This document shows, in pieces, positions 26,809 to 36,424 of a stretch of 64,000 nt of DNA. Each line of letters starts with the position of its first letter. Position 1 is the stretch's first letter. The notes under the pieces were generated by a model, which saw nothing but the letters and a program-made list of their open reading frames with translations, ran no database searches and was not told the origin of the DNA. The DNA comes from Clostridia bacterium (GTDB lineage Bacteria > Bacillota > Clostridia > Christensenellales > Aristaeellaceae): the NCBI GenBank assembly GCA_017470945.1, contig JAFUXH010000100.1, positions 1,084 to 65,083 on the forward strand, in the 5' to 3' direction. The translations under genes were made by a program, and so were the position numbers.

Positions 26809-28320
26809 TCAGGGCAGCAGCGCGTCGAAATCGTCCGGCACGGGATGCCCGGTCAGCAGATCCCGGATCAGATCGGCCATGTACAGGGACAATTGGCTGA
26901 AGTGATCCGCGGCGTACCAAACGCCGTCGCAGGCGGACACCGTCCAGTTGAACAGATAGCGGCAGAACCATTCCACGCTGACCAGCAATTCCCCGTTCCT
27001 GCGCAGCGCCTCGCAGTACATGGCCCGCACGTGGCCGTCGATCACGCAGGCGATGCTGCCCCGGGCAAATTGCAGCGTGCGGCCGTCCGGCAGCGTCATC
27101 ACGCAGGCGGCCCCGTCCTGGGATGGGTCGCAGGCGGCGCCGAACGCTTCCGCCAGGAAGGACAGCGGCGCGCAGATATATTCGCCCCGCACCTTCTCGC
27201 CGCCGTTCAGCCCGTGGTATTTCAGCTTCTGCCACACGACGGGGGCGGTGCGCATCGCCTGTACCCGGTTGCCCAGCCAGGCGTTTGCTTCGCCGGGGAT
27301 CAGGGCGAAGGCCCGTTGATCCCCCTGACGCGGGCACACGGAGGGGGAGGACACGATGGCGCCGTCCGCTTCCCGGCGCAGGCCGGAGAACAGGTAATCC
27401 CACACCAGGGCCGCGTCGTCCAGCGATTGGCCGTGATCCCTGTTTTTGATATCCAGGTACACCAGATCGGCCTTTTTGCCGGTGTAGAACGCGAAATTGT
27501 TTTCCCCTTCGATTTTGATTTGCGGGGTGGGGGCGCATTCGTTGATCCGCATCCAGTACAGCCGGTTTTTCCGGTTCACGTCCTTTTGCTCCCGGGGGTC
27601 CGGCGGCACGTCGTTCAATTCCGGCCGGCTTTGCCAGATGGCGGTGGGCCCACCCTGATTCTTGATTTTTCCCTTTTCGTCAAACAGCAGGGAGGGAAAG
27701 GTGGCGCAGGCGGAGCCCGCCGCCCCGGCCAGCAGATGCCCGTAGTGCCGGGCGAACAGCGACGTCATCATGTTGCCCATGCTCATGCCCTGCATGAAGA
27801 TGCGCCCGGGGTCGATGTTATAATCCCGCTGCATTTTTTCGATCAGGGCCAGGATCATCTGGGCGTCGTGGTTCTTGCGGATATCGGTGGATTGGTTGAT
27901 ATCCAGGTCGTCGGGGTCCGGGGCCCCTTCCATGGAATCCCACTTGGCCCATTCCACGCACCAGACCCGGCCCGCGTGGGCGTTGGGGAACAGCACGATG
28001 AAGCCGTCCCGTTCCGCCATCATCGTCCAGGAGGTATAGATGGCCTGGCCCCAGCCGGTCATCAATCCCCCGTGCAGGGAAACCACCAGGGGCGTTTTTT
28101 TCGCCGGGTCGTAGGAGGCAGGCACGTACACGAACCAGGTGTCCGCTTCGCCGTCCTCCGTCACCACGCCGTGGAATTCCTTCAGCCGCGGGGGATAGGG
28201 CTGGGAATTGTTGCCGTTTTCATTGACCACGATATCGGAATGGTAAATCTTTTCCGGCAGGTAATCCCGGTTATCATCGTCGGGCGTGCCGGGCAGCAGG
28301 GGAAAGGCGGGGGTAGGCAT
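26809..28320 (-). CDS. PHB-depolymerase/feruloyl-esterase-family alpha/beta hydrolase with C-terminal domain (paralog 2)
   Basis: VSLHGG, GMSMGN. Collinear with 24302..25780 along its full length. Confidence 0.8.
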   Translation of the reverse strand: MPTPAFPLLPGTPDDDNRDYLPEKIYHSDIVVNENGNNSQPYPPRLKEFHGVVTEDGEADTWFVYVPASYDPAKKTPLVVSLHGGLMTGWGQAIYTSWTMMAERDGFIVLFPNAHAGRVWCVEWAKWDSMEGAPDPDDLDINQSTDIRKNHDAQMILALIEKMQRDYNIDPGRIFMQGMSMGNMMTSLFARHYGHLLAGAAGSACATFPSLLFDEKGKIKNQGGPTAIWQSRPELNDVPPDPREQKDVNRKNRLYWMRINECAPTPQIKIEGENNFAFYTGKKADLVYLDIKNRDHGQSLDDAALVWDYLFSGLRREADGAIVSSPSVCPRQGDQRAFALIPGEANAWLGNRVQAMRTAPVVWQKLKYHGLNGGEKVRGEYICAPLSFLAEAFGAACDPSQDGAACVMTLPDGRTLQFARGSIACVIDGHVRAMYCEALRRNGELLVSVEWFCRYLFNWTVSACDGVWYAADHFSQLSLYMADLIRDLLTGHPVPDDFDALLP

Positions 28321-28376
28321 GGCGCATCGATCCTTTCTGATTTGAGCTGATCCTATTATACTGGAATGATATGAAA

Positions 28377-28395
28377 ATGTCAATCGTTTACATTA
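28377..28395. promoter_or_regulatory. LacI-type operator atgtcaatcgtttacatta
   Basis: Imperfect palindrome 57 nt upstream of the esterase-lacI-esterase operon start. Identical 19-mer at 43944-43962. Confidence 0.55.
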
Positions 28396-28492
28396 CCCGG
28401 ATTCGACCATATTTTCTATTTTTGTTGACAAGGCAGGCGGTTTTTCTTACAATAGACAGGAATGGATTTTCAACGGCATAAAGGATGGACGC

Positions 28493-30220
28493 ATGAAGAA
28501 AGTGTATTCTGCCCGGCGCAGGCTGATCCATTATTTTTCCCTGCTGCTGGCGCTGACGCTGCTGGTGCTGTTGGCGTTCGGCGGGTATTCCATGTGGACC
28601 TATGATCAGCAATTGCGCTATTGCGCCGACGCCGCCCTGGAGCTGTACCGGGAAGCCCTGCTGGGGGAAACCCAGCGGCTGGTGGCCCTGAATCAGCAGG
28701 TCAGCGCCGATTGGATGGATTTCCGCCTGCTGACCGCCGCGTCGCTGGATCAGGGGCAAAGAAGCGTGCTGCGCTACCGGCTGAAATCGGCCATCGAAAT
28801 CGCGGTGCCGGATACGGGGCTGATCCTGCTGTGCGACGCGGACGGGGACTGGCTGCAGTATACCTACGGCCGCAGGGTGCTGAACGCGGGCGGGCTGATG
28901 GGCGTGGAGCATCAAAACGCCGCCCATGCCCTGCGGGACGCCTGCCTGCGCGTGCCGGAGGAGCAGCAAACGATGTGGCTGGTGGCGGAATGCGGTTCGT
29001 TTACATTCCTGTACAACGTATATTCCTACAAGCAGCTGCGCATCTGCTCCGCCATCGAGCTGCATACCTTTGCCCGGGAAAGCGCGGCCTCCTCCACGGA
29101 AAATATCCAATTGCTCTTCGAGCAGGACGGCGCTTTCCTGACCGGCCGGGAATTGGCGGCGGAAAAGCAATTGCGCGCGGGGCAGCTGCCCGGCAGCCGG
29201 GGCCTGTTCTTTGATTACGTGCTGGATTACGAGGCGATCCCCGCCCTGAGGATCGGCCTGTGCTGCCTGATCCCGGTGCAGGGCATCTGGCAGTACTCCC
29301 GCATTTCGCTGCTGGTGCTGGCGGTGATGGCGGCGATCTGCGTGGCGGGGTATGTGCACACCTATCGGCTGATGGATCACATCGTGATCTACCCGCTGAA
29401 GCAGGTATCGGCCCTGTCCCACCAATTGTCCCAGGTGGAGGGGGAGGACAGCCCCCGCATCCTGGAGCGGGATCAGGTGGAGGAATTGAACACCCTGCGG
29501 GATTCTTTGAACCACCTGGCCGCCCAGAAGGTGGAATTGCAGAAGCGGAGCGACGATTTTGAAATGGAAAAGGAGCACGCCCAGCTGCAATACTATCAAT
29601 TGCAAACCCGCTCCCACTTCTTCCTCAACTGCCTGAAAAGCCTATATGGCATGCTGGAAACCCGGGATTTTTCCCGGATGCAAACCATGATCATCGCCTT
29701 CAGCAATCATTTGCGCTTCATTTTCCATGACAACCTGACCCTGGTGCCCGTGCGGGCGGAAATGGACGAGGTGGCCGACTATCACCGCATCATTTCCATG
29801 GACAGCCGCCAGCCCCTGATCCTGACGAAGGAGGTAGCGCCGGACGCCGAGCGCTGCCTGGTGCCGCCCCTGATCGTGCAGACCTTCCTGGAAAACGCCT
29901 ATAAATACAACGGCCGGGGCCGGGAGGTGCTGCATTTTACCGTTCGGATCGACCGGCTGGAATACGAAGGGAAGCCCCGGCTGCGCATCCGTGTTTGCGA
30001 CGACGGGGTGGGCTACCCGGCCGATATGCTGGCCTGGCTGAACGGGCAAAGCGCCCCGGGCGCCTTCGATCAATACCACATTGGCATCAACAACCTGCGC
30101 CGGCGCATGGCCATCCTGTATTCCGGCGATTTTGAACTGGCCTTTTTCAATGGCGCCTCCGGCGGCGCCAGCATCCTGATCAGCATCCCTGCCCGGGAGG
30201 AAGGAGAGGACGCGCCATGA
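28493..30220 (+). CDS. sensor histidine kinase, YesM/LytS-type
   Basis: Two transmembrane segments flanking a sensor domain. His_kinase H-box region SHFFLNCLKS. N-box FLENAYKYN. Confidence 0.88.
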   Translation: MKKVYSARRRLIHYFSLLLALTLLVLLAFGGYSMWTYDQQLRYCADAALELYREALLGETQRLVALNQQVSADWMDFRLLTAASLDQGQRSVLRYRLKSAIEIAVPDTGLILLCDADGDWLQYTYGRRVLNAGGLMGVEHQNAAHALRDACLRVPEEQQTMWLVAECGSFTFLYNVYSYKQLRICSAIELHTFARESAASSTENIQLLFEQDGAFLTGRELAAEKQLRAGQLPGSRGLFFDYVLDYEAIPALRIGLCCLIPVQGIWQYSRISLLVLAVMAAICVAGYVHTYRLMDHIVIYPLKQVSALSHQLSQVEGEDSPRILERDQVEELNTLRDSLNHLAAQKVELQKRSDDFEMEKEHAQLQYYQLQTRSHFFLNCLKSLYGMLETRDFSRMQTMIIAFSNHLRFIFHDNLTLVPVRAEMDEVADYHRIISMDSRQPLILTKEVAPDAERCLVPPLIVQTFLENAYKYNGRGREVLHFTVRIDRLEYEGKPRLRIRVCDDGVGYPADMLAWLNGQSAPGAFDQYHIGINNLRRRMAILYSGDFELAFFNGASGGASILISIPAREEGEDAP

Positions 30221-31809
30221 CCGTTTTGCTGGTGGATGATCAGCGCTCCATCATCGAGGGCCTGCTCAGCGGCGTGCCCTTCGACGAGATCGGCTTTGAC
30301 ACGGTGCTCACCGCCAACGACGCGGGGGAGGCCTGGGCGCAATTGGCGGAACAGCCGGTGGACGTGCTGCTGACCGACATTGAAATGCCGGGGGAAAGCG
30401 GCATGGAGCTGGTGAAAAAGGCGCGGGATCGGTTTCCCGATCTATTGTGCATCCTGCTCACCTCCCATGCCGATTTTGCCTTTGCCAAGGAAAGCGTGCG
30501 CCTGGGCTGCTTCGATTACCTGGTGCAGCCCGCCCCGTATCAGGATATCGCCGCCTGCCTGCGCCGGGCGTTCGATCAACAGGTGCGTTCGGCCCAGCAA
30601 AAATACATGCAAAGCCTGGGCCGCATCGTGCAGACCAGCGAACCGGGCATGACCAGCCACATGGTGATGAAGCTGTATTCCGCCGATCCCCGGGATGTGG
30701 CCGAGGGCATGCAGTATCTGATCGCCTGCGGCTATGTGGTGGAGCGGGATACGCCGGTCAGGCTGTGCGTGGCGGTGGATTACGCCTATTTGAAGCGGCT
30801 GCCGGAGCGATTGAGCGAGGACGCCGTGATCAAGATCATCCGCGAAAGCTTCGCCCTGGCCCCCGGCCACCCCGTGCCGCTGATCACCAGGAATCCCTAC
30901 CGGCAGTTCGTGGTGATGCTGTGCCACGCCGACGGCGCGCAGCCCCCCGCCTGCACGGCGGAAACCTTCGCCTCCGCCCTGGAAGAAATGACCCGCCGGC
31001 TGGGCCGGGAGCCCACCCTGTACGTGGGGCCCGATACCACGCTGCTGGGCGCCCGCGGCGTGCTGCCCGCCCTGCACCGGCACATCGATAACAACGTGCT
31101 GGAAAAAACGGGCGTGATCATGGCCGATGAGCGGGCGGTGGCGTCCGACGCTTCCGCCGGCGGGGCCGATATGTTCCTCCGGTGGCAAAGCCTGCTGGAA
31201 AATGAAAAATACGAAATTTTAGGCCGGGAGGTCCAGGCGTATCTGGATCGGTCCCAGCGGGATAAGCTGGGGCTGCACAGCCTGTCCGACCTGCACCAGC
31301 GGCTGACCCAGCTGATTTTCGAGCATCTGCACAGCCGGCAGATCGATATCATGCGGCTGTTCACCCAGGATTACACCTACGCCATGTATATGGACAGCTT
31401 CAAAACCGTGCACGCCCTGCGGGAAGGGGTGAATTTCCTGTTGGAGGCCGCCGCCGGCCAGCGCCACGTCAGCCTGGAGCAAAGCGACGTGGACCGGGCG
31501 AAGGCGTATATTTACGCCCACCTGAACCAGCCTATGTACGTGACCGACGTGGCGGCTCACGTGAACCTGAGCAGCGAATATTTCACCAAGCTGTTCAAAA
31601 AGGAAACGGGCCAAAACATCAAGGATTTCATCACCCAGGCCAAAATCAACGCCGCCAGGGACCTGCTGGAGCATTCCGATATCCCCGTCAGCCTGGTGGC
31701 GCTGGAAATGGGCTACGACAATTTTTCCCACTTCACCCAGATCTTCAAAAAGGCCTGCGGCCTGACCCCCAGCGAGTACCGGAAGGAATGGAAGGAGAGG
31801 AAGCTGTAA
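30217..31809 (+). CDS. response regulator with AraC-type output domain (YesN-like)
   Basis: Receiver domain VLLVDDQ...DVLLTDIEMPG. C-terminal AraC HTH SEYFTKLFKKETG / FSHFTQIFKKACG. Overlaps the kinase stop. Confidence 0.9.
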   Translation: MTVLLVDDQRSIIEGLLSGVPFDEIGFDTVLTANDAGEAWAQLAEQPVDVLLTDIEMPGESGMELVKKARDRFPDLLCILLTSHADFAFAKESVRLGCFDYLVQPAPYQDIAACLRRAFDQQVRSAQQKYMQSLGRIVQTSEPGMTSHMVMKLYSADPRDVAEGMQYLIACGYVVERDTPVRLCVAVDYAYLKRLPERLSEDAVIKIIRESFALAPGHPVPLITRNPYRQFVVMLCHADGAQPPACTAETFASALEEMTRRLGREPTLYVGPDTTLLGARGVLPALHRHIDNNVLEKTGVIMADERAVASDASAGGADMFLRWQSLLENEKYEILGREVQAYLDRSQRDKLGLHSLSDLHQRLTQLIFEHLHSRQIDIMRLFTQDYTYAMYMDSFKTVHALREGVNFLLEAAAGQRHVSLEQSDVDRAKAYIYAHLNQPMYVTDVAAHVNLSSEYFTKLFKKETGQNIKDFITQAKINAARDLLEHSDIPVSLVALEMGYDNFSHFTQIFKKACGLTPSEYRKEWKERKL

Positions 31810-32676
31810 ATGGGCGCGATCCAATTCAATTTCCGCAGCCAGGCATTGGGGTATTATGTGGATGTGACCGTGGCGTACCCCACGGATGAATATTCCTGGT
31901 ATGATGAAAGCCGGGACGGCTCCCGCCAGATGATGCCGGGGCTGCGGGTGCGGCCGGTTTACCGGCCCGGCATGAAATTTCAAACGGTGTATCTGCTGCA
32001 CGGCGGCGGCGACGACCACTCGCTGACCTACCGCTACTCCAACGCGGAGCGGTACGCCCAGCGGAATCACGTGATGCTGGTGACCCCCAACATCCCCAAT
32101 TCCTTCGGGGTGGATACCCAGTACCACGTGCAGTATTTTACCTTCCTGACCCAGGAATTGCCCGTGGTGATCCAAACGCTGTTCGCCTCCTCGCCCCGGC
32201 GGGAGGATAATTTCATCATGGGCTACGCTATGGGCGGCAACGCGGCCCTGGGCGCGGCGCTGCTGCGGCCCGATCTGTACGCCGCCTGCGTGGATCTATC
32301 CGGGGGCATCGGCCTGACGCTGCAGACAGACACCCTTCGGCAGGAATTGCGGGGCGATCATTTCCGGCGGTTTTTCCCGCTGTACAACGCCACCTTTGGG
32401 GAGGCGGAGGGCATTGCGGGCTCCCGGTTTGACCTGTACGCCGCGGCCAAGCGCCTGAAGGACGCGGGGGAAAGGCAAAGCCAATTGTTCATCGCCTGCG
32501 GCAGCAAGGAATTCATCCGCCCGCGGGTGGAGGGCGACGTGGCCGCCCTGCGGGCGCTGGGCTATCAGGTGGCCTACGAGGTGGTGGCGGGCCAGGATCA
32601 CGATTTCGATTTCTGGGATCTGTACATCCGCAAGGCGCTGGATGAATTGCTGCCGCTGAAGCGCAGCGCGGTTTGA
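31810..32676 (+). CDS. esterase-D/'putative esterase' family protein with Ser-to-Ala at the nucleophile elbow
   Basis: YLLHGGGDD. The elbow reads GYAMGG (Ala codon gct at 32227-32229) where paralogs have G-x-S-M-G. Starts 1 nt after the regulator stop. Confidence 0.8.
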   Translation: MGAIQFNFRSQALGYYVDVTVAYPTDEYSWYDESRDGSRQMMPGLRVRPVYRPGMKFQTVYLLHGGGDDHSLTYRYSNAERYAQRNHVMLVTPNIPNSFGVDTQYHVQYFTFLTQELPVVIQTLFASSPRREDNFIMGYAMGGNAALGAALLRPDLYAACVDLSGGIGLTLQTDTLRQELRGDHFRRFFPLYNATFGEAEGIAGSRFDLYAAAKRLKDAGERQSQLFIACGSKEFIRPRVEGDVAALRALGYQVAYEVVAGQDHDFDFWDLYIRKALDELLPLKRSAV

Positions 32677-32810
32677 TGTGAACGTCTGCTTCAAACGGAG
32701 CGGCTGATCGAAATTTTAGTCCCAATGATGCTGCGCGCGATTCGCGCCGTGATGTCACCCTGCATTCATCTTTTTTCGTGGAAAACGATTCACGATCCCT
32801 TTGATGGTTT

Positions 32811-32937
32811 CCGTCATCCCGAGTGAAGCGGAGCGCGAGCGAAGCGGAATCGAGGGATCTGAAAGTTGGCTGAACAAGGCACGCCAGATCCCTCCACTCC
32901 ATTCCGCCTTTGGCTCCATTTCGGTCGGGATGACAGT
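32811..32937 (+). repeat. family A nested-hairpin repeat, copy 2
   Basis: Same termini and inner inverted repeat as 4431-4558. Source of spurious ORFs 32513..32902 and 32755..33000. Confidence 0.8.
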
Positions 32938-32998
32938 GCTTGTTGACTGGTATTTCTTGTGATGCTGAAATACGATCAGCTTGAGGTCGGATGAACGC

Positions 32999-33040
32999 AA
33001 AAAACGAGCGTCGGTTCAGTACGAATCGGCGCTCGTTTTC
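32999..33040. terminator. bidirectional intrinsic terminator
   Basis: Stem acgagcg/cgctcgt with A-run before and T-run after. Between the convergent esterase and MATE genes. Confidence 0.55.
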
Positions 33041-33050
33041 TATTGGATCG

Positions 33051-34397
33051 TCAAGCTTCCCGGGCCATCAGCTTTTTCCAGTAGGGCAGGATCAGCAGGA
33101 TGCCGATGGTCATGGTCAGGATATCGGCGGTGGGGGTGGCCCAGGCGATGCCGAACACCCCCAGCAGGGCGTTGTACAGCAGCATGAAGGGGATATCCAA
33201 GCCGCCCTTGCGCAGCATCGACAGGATCAGGGGCCGCACCTTTTCTCCCGTGGCCTGGAACACGGTGATCACCATCATTGTGACGGAAGCCGCCGGGCAG
33301 GTGACGCACATGATGCGCAGGAAGCGCTGGCCGTAAGCTACCGTTTCCTCGTTCTGGATGAACAGCCGGGCGATGGGGGAGGCGAAGATGAACAGGATCA
33401 GCGAGAACGCCGCGGCGATGCCCACGCTGTAGCACAGGGTGATGCGCACGGCGTCCTTCATCCGCTTGGTGTTGTGAGCGGCGTAATTATAGCCGATCAG
33501 GGCCAGCACACCCTGGGTCATGCCCTGGGCGATGGCGAAGCCCACCATATCCACCTTCTTGGCGATGCCCATGCCGGCGATGGCCTCGTTGGAATAGCCC
33601 GACACCAGGTGGTTGAGGAACGTATTGGAGAAGAAGGACATCAGCACCATCAGGAAGCTGGGGAAGCCGGTGGTCAGGATCTCGGCGGGGATGCGCTCCC
33701 CCAGGGTGAAGTGCTTGGGGTTCAGGGAAATCACGGTGTCCTTGCTGCGGCGGATGAGCACGATGAAATACAGCGAGGCGATGCAGTTGGATACCAGGGT
33801 GGCCACGGCGGCGCCCATGATTTCCAGATGGAAAACGAAGATGAATATCGGGTCCAGGATGATGTTGAGCACGCATCCCAGCATCACCCCGAAGCTGGCG
33901 CTTTTGGCCTTGCCCTCCGTGCGCACCAGATGGGAAAACAGGGTGTTCATCACCGTGGGCACCGCCCCCAGGGTGGTGGTCCAGAACAGATACTGGTACA
34001 CCAGGGGGAAGGTGGTTTCGTTGGTGCCGATCAGGGGCAGCAGCCGGCCCCGGAACAGGGCGATCATGAGGCCGTAGATCAGCGCCGTGCACGCGCCGGC
34101 CCAGATGCTGAAGGCGGCGCAGCCCTTGGCCTTTTCCGGGTGACCGTCGCCCATTTTCCGGGAAATCAGGCTGGCCCCGCCGATGCCGAACAGGTTGGCG
34201 ATGCCGGTCAGGAAAATGAACGGGGGCATGGCCAGCGTGGCGGCGGCCACCTGGGTGGGGTCATTCAACTGGCCCACGAAAAAGGTGTCGGCCATGTTGT
34301 AGGCCACGGTGATCAATTGGCTGATCACCGTGGGAATCGCCAGGGAAATCACCGCCTTTTTGACGGGCACGGATTCGAATACGTCGTATTTATTCAT
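33051..34397 (-). CDS. MATE-family efflux transporter
   Basis: MNKYDVFESVPVKKAVISLAIPTVISQL start. 12 transmembrane segments. ATGA overlap with the upstream esterase. Confidence 0.88.
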   Translation of the reverse strand: MNKYDVFESVPVKKAVISLAIPTVISQLITVAYNMADTFFVGQLNDPTQVAAATLAMPPFIFLTGIANLFGIGGASLISRKMGDGHPEKAKGCAAFSIWAGACTALIYGLMIALFRGRLLPLIGTNETTFPLVYQYLFWTTTLGAVPTVMNTLFSHLVRTEGKAKSASFGVMLGCVLNIILDPIFIFVFHLEIMGAAVATLVSNCIASLYFIVLIRRSKDTVISLNPKHFTLGERIPAEILTTGFPSFLMVLMSFFSNTFLNHLVSGYSNEAIAGMGIAKKVDMVGFAIAQGMTQGVLALIGYNYAAHNTKRMKDAVRITLCYSVGIAAAFSLILFIFASPIARLFIQNEETVAYGQRFLRIMCVTCPAASVTMMVITVFQATGEKVRPLILSMLRKGGLDIPFMLLYNALLGVFGIAWATPTADILTMTIGILLILPYWKKLMAREA

Positions 34398-35284
34398 GAG
34401 CCTTTCATTCCTTCCTGCCCCGGCGGGGATGATTCGGGAAAAATGACGCTGCGGCGAAGGGGCAGCCAGGAGGCGAGGGCCAGGCGCAGGCTGTCGTCCC
34501 ACAGGTCCCATTCGTGCCCCTTGCCCTTCACCACTTCGATCCTGGTTTCATAGCCCCAGGCGCGCAGATCGGCTTCTGCCCGCTGGGCCCGGTACAGGGC
34601 GTGATCGCAATCCCCGACCCGGAACAGCATCAGCGGCAGGGGGCGGCCCTTTTCCACGTTTTCCCGGGCGATGGCATACACATCGTTCACCGTGCCCCGG
34701 ATGAAGGCGGGGTCCTCCAGCTGCCGGGCGATCCTGCCCAGGGGCACCCGGATGGGCGGCGCGTCGAAATCAAAAACGCCGTCGCGGGTGGGCACCATGG
34801 TGGGCACCCCGGGCCGGGTGGCTGCGCCGGACATCATCAGCGCCGCGGCGAACCGCTCGGGGTAATTGATCGCCAGCTTCATGGCCCCGTGGCTGCCCAT
34901 CGACAGGCCGGCCACGAAGGTATCCTCCCGCCGGGTGGAGAAGGGAAACAGCGCTGCGCACACCCGGGGCAGCTCCTGCGCGATATAGGTGAAATATCGG
35001 GCGGCGTCCTCCGTGTCCGTATAGCAGGAATTGTAGGCGCAGGGCATAACGACCGCCACCTTGTTTTCATCGGCGTAGCGGACGATGTTGGTGAAGTGGA
35101 TGAAATCGCTGTCGTCCCCGCTGCCGCCGTGCAGCAGGTACAGCGTTTGGTATTTCATGCCCGGCACATAGGCTTCCTCCACGCCGTTATAAGCGTCGGA
35201 AAAGCTGCTGGTGGGCAGGATCACGGTCAGGTTGGTTTGCATCCCCAGGGCTTTGCTGAGGAAATTCATGCGTAATACGGCCAT
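34394..35284 (-). CDS. esterase-D/'putative esterase' family alpha/beta hydrolase
   Basis: LYLLHGGSGDD, GLSMGSHGA elbow. Confidence 0.85.
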   Translation of the reverse strand: MAVLRMNFLSKALGMQTNLTVILPTSSFSDAYNGVEEAYVPGMKYQTLYLLHGGSGDDSDFIHFTNIVRYADENKVAVVMPCAYNSCYTDTEDAARYFTYIAQELPRVCAALFPFSTRREDTFVAGLSMGSHGAMKLAINYPERFAAALMMSGAATRPGVPTMVPTRDGVFDFDAPPIRVPLGRIARQLEDPAFIRGTVNDVYAIARENVEKGRPLPLMLFRVGDCDHALYRAQRAEADLRAWGYETRIEVVKGKGHEWDLWDDSLRLALASWLPLRRSVIFPESSPPGQEGMKGS

Positions 35285-35304
35285 GCTGCTTCCTCCTGCC
35301 CGCG

Positions 35305-36402
35305 TTACGCCAGGGCGGCGATGAAGGCAGCCAGCTCCTCCGCCATTTTTTTCTGGGTCGTTAGGGAGGGGTGCCCCGCCGCCCCGAAGCCGTCCAGCGG
35401 CGCCATGGGATGGTAACGGAACAGATGCACCAGCTGATCCCCGGTGAGGCGCTTATGCTCCTCCACCGCCTGGGCGATTTCGGGATACAGGTAATACTGC
35501 ATGCTGCCCAAGGCGCAGATGATGCGGGTGGCGGGCCCGTTCAGGCGGCGGATCTCGCCCAAAAAGGCGGTGTAATCCCGGCAAAACCGCTCCCGCTCGG
35601 CCTCAAAATCCGGCGCAAACGAGGCGGCGCAGGCGTCGTTGGTGCCCAGGTTCACCACTACGTAATCGTTGGGCAGGGCGGCAAAATCCCACTGTTCGGG
35701 GGCTTTCCCATGGCGATCCCGGCCCGGGCGGTCGGCGTAGGCATACAATTGGTTCATGGCGTAGGGCTGCGGGAAATGGGCGTGGGGCGCCACCGTGATG
35801 CCGGACACGCTGACGCAGGAGGCCTCCATGCCCAGCAGCCGCGCGGCGATGGGGCCGTGGGCGTTCCAGCCGTCCTCCTCGTCGCTCCAGAAGCCCCGAT
35901 CCCGGTCCGGGCACAAATTGCCGTAGCCGCAGGTGATGCTGTCGCCCACGAATTCGATGCGCCGCCGGGGCCTGCGCGCGCAGGGATGGAATTCCCCGCT
36001 GTAATGCATGGCGCGGATGCTAAAGAAGGTTTTCACGTTCTCCGTCAGCTTCATGATGCGGAAGTGGTGGCGCTGGGCGGCGTCGGATCGGATCAGCAGC
36101 CAGGTTTCCATCTTGCCGCAGACCGGAAAGCGGCGGATGGGCTGATCCATATCATCCAGAAACACGCCCACCCAGGGCCAGGTAGCCCGCCGGGGCGCGT
36201 TGGGGTCGGTTGGCAGGCCTTCGATCTCCTCGCCCGGCTCCGCCGCCAGGATGGCGCTGAGGTAATCCCCCTCGAAGTCCAGCTCAATGCCGGAGGCCGT
36301 CCAGTCGCAGCGCAGATAGCCGTTTTCCTCGTCCATCACCGTGCGGCCGTAGGTGACGATTTTGGGCATCAGATCGGAAATGGAAATAGTTTGCAGGGCC
36401 AT
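35305..36402 (-). CDS. CE2-like SGNH acetyl esterase (beta-sandwich N-domain plus GDSL domain)
   Basis: MALQTISISD start. FVGDSITCGYG block I, LGTNDA block III. Confidence 0.82.
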   Translation of the reverse strand: MALQTISISDLMPKIVTYGRTVMDEENGYLRCDWTASGIELDFEGDYLSAILAAEPGEEIEGLPTDPNAPRRATWPWVGVFLDDMDQPIRRFPVCGKMETWLLIRSDAAQRHHFRIMKLTENVKTFFSIRAMHYSGEFHPCARRPRRRIEFVGDSITCGYGNLCPDRDRGFWSDEEDGWNAHGPIAARLLGMEASCVSVSGITVAPHAHFPQPYAMNQLYAYADRPGRDRHGKAPEQWDFAALPNDYVVVNLGTNDACAASFAPDFEAERERFCRDYTAFLGEIRRLNGPATRIICALGSMQYYLYPEIAQAVEEHKRLTGDQLVHLFRYHPMAPLDGFGAAGHPSLTTQKKMAEELAAFIAALA

Positions 36403-36424
36403 GATGATCCGCCTCGTTTCTATT

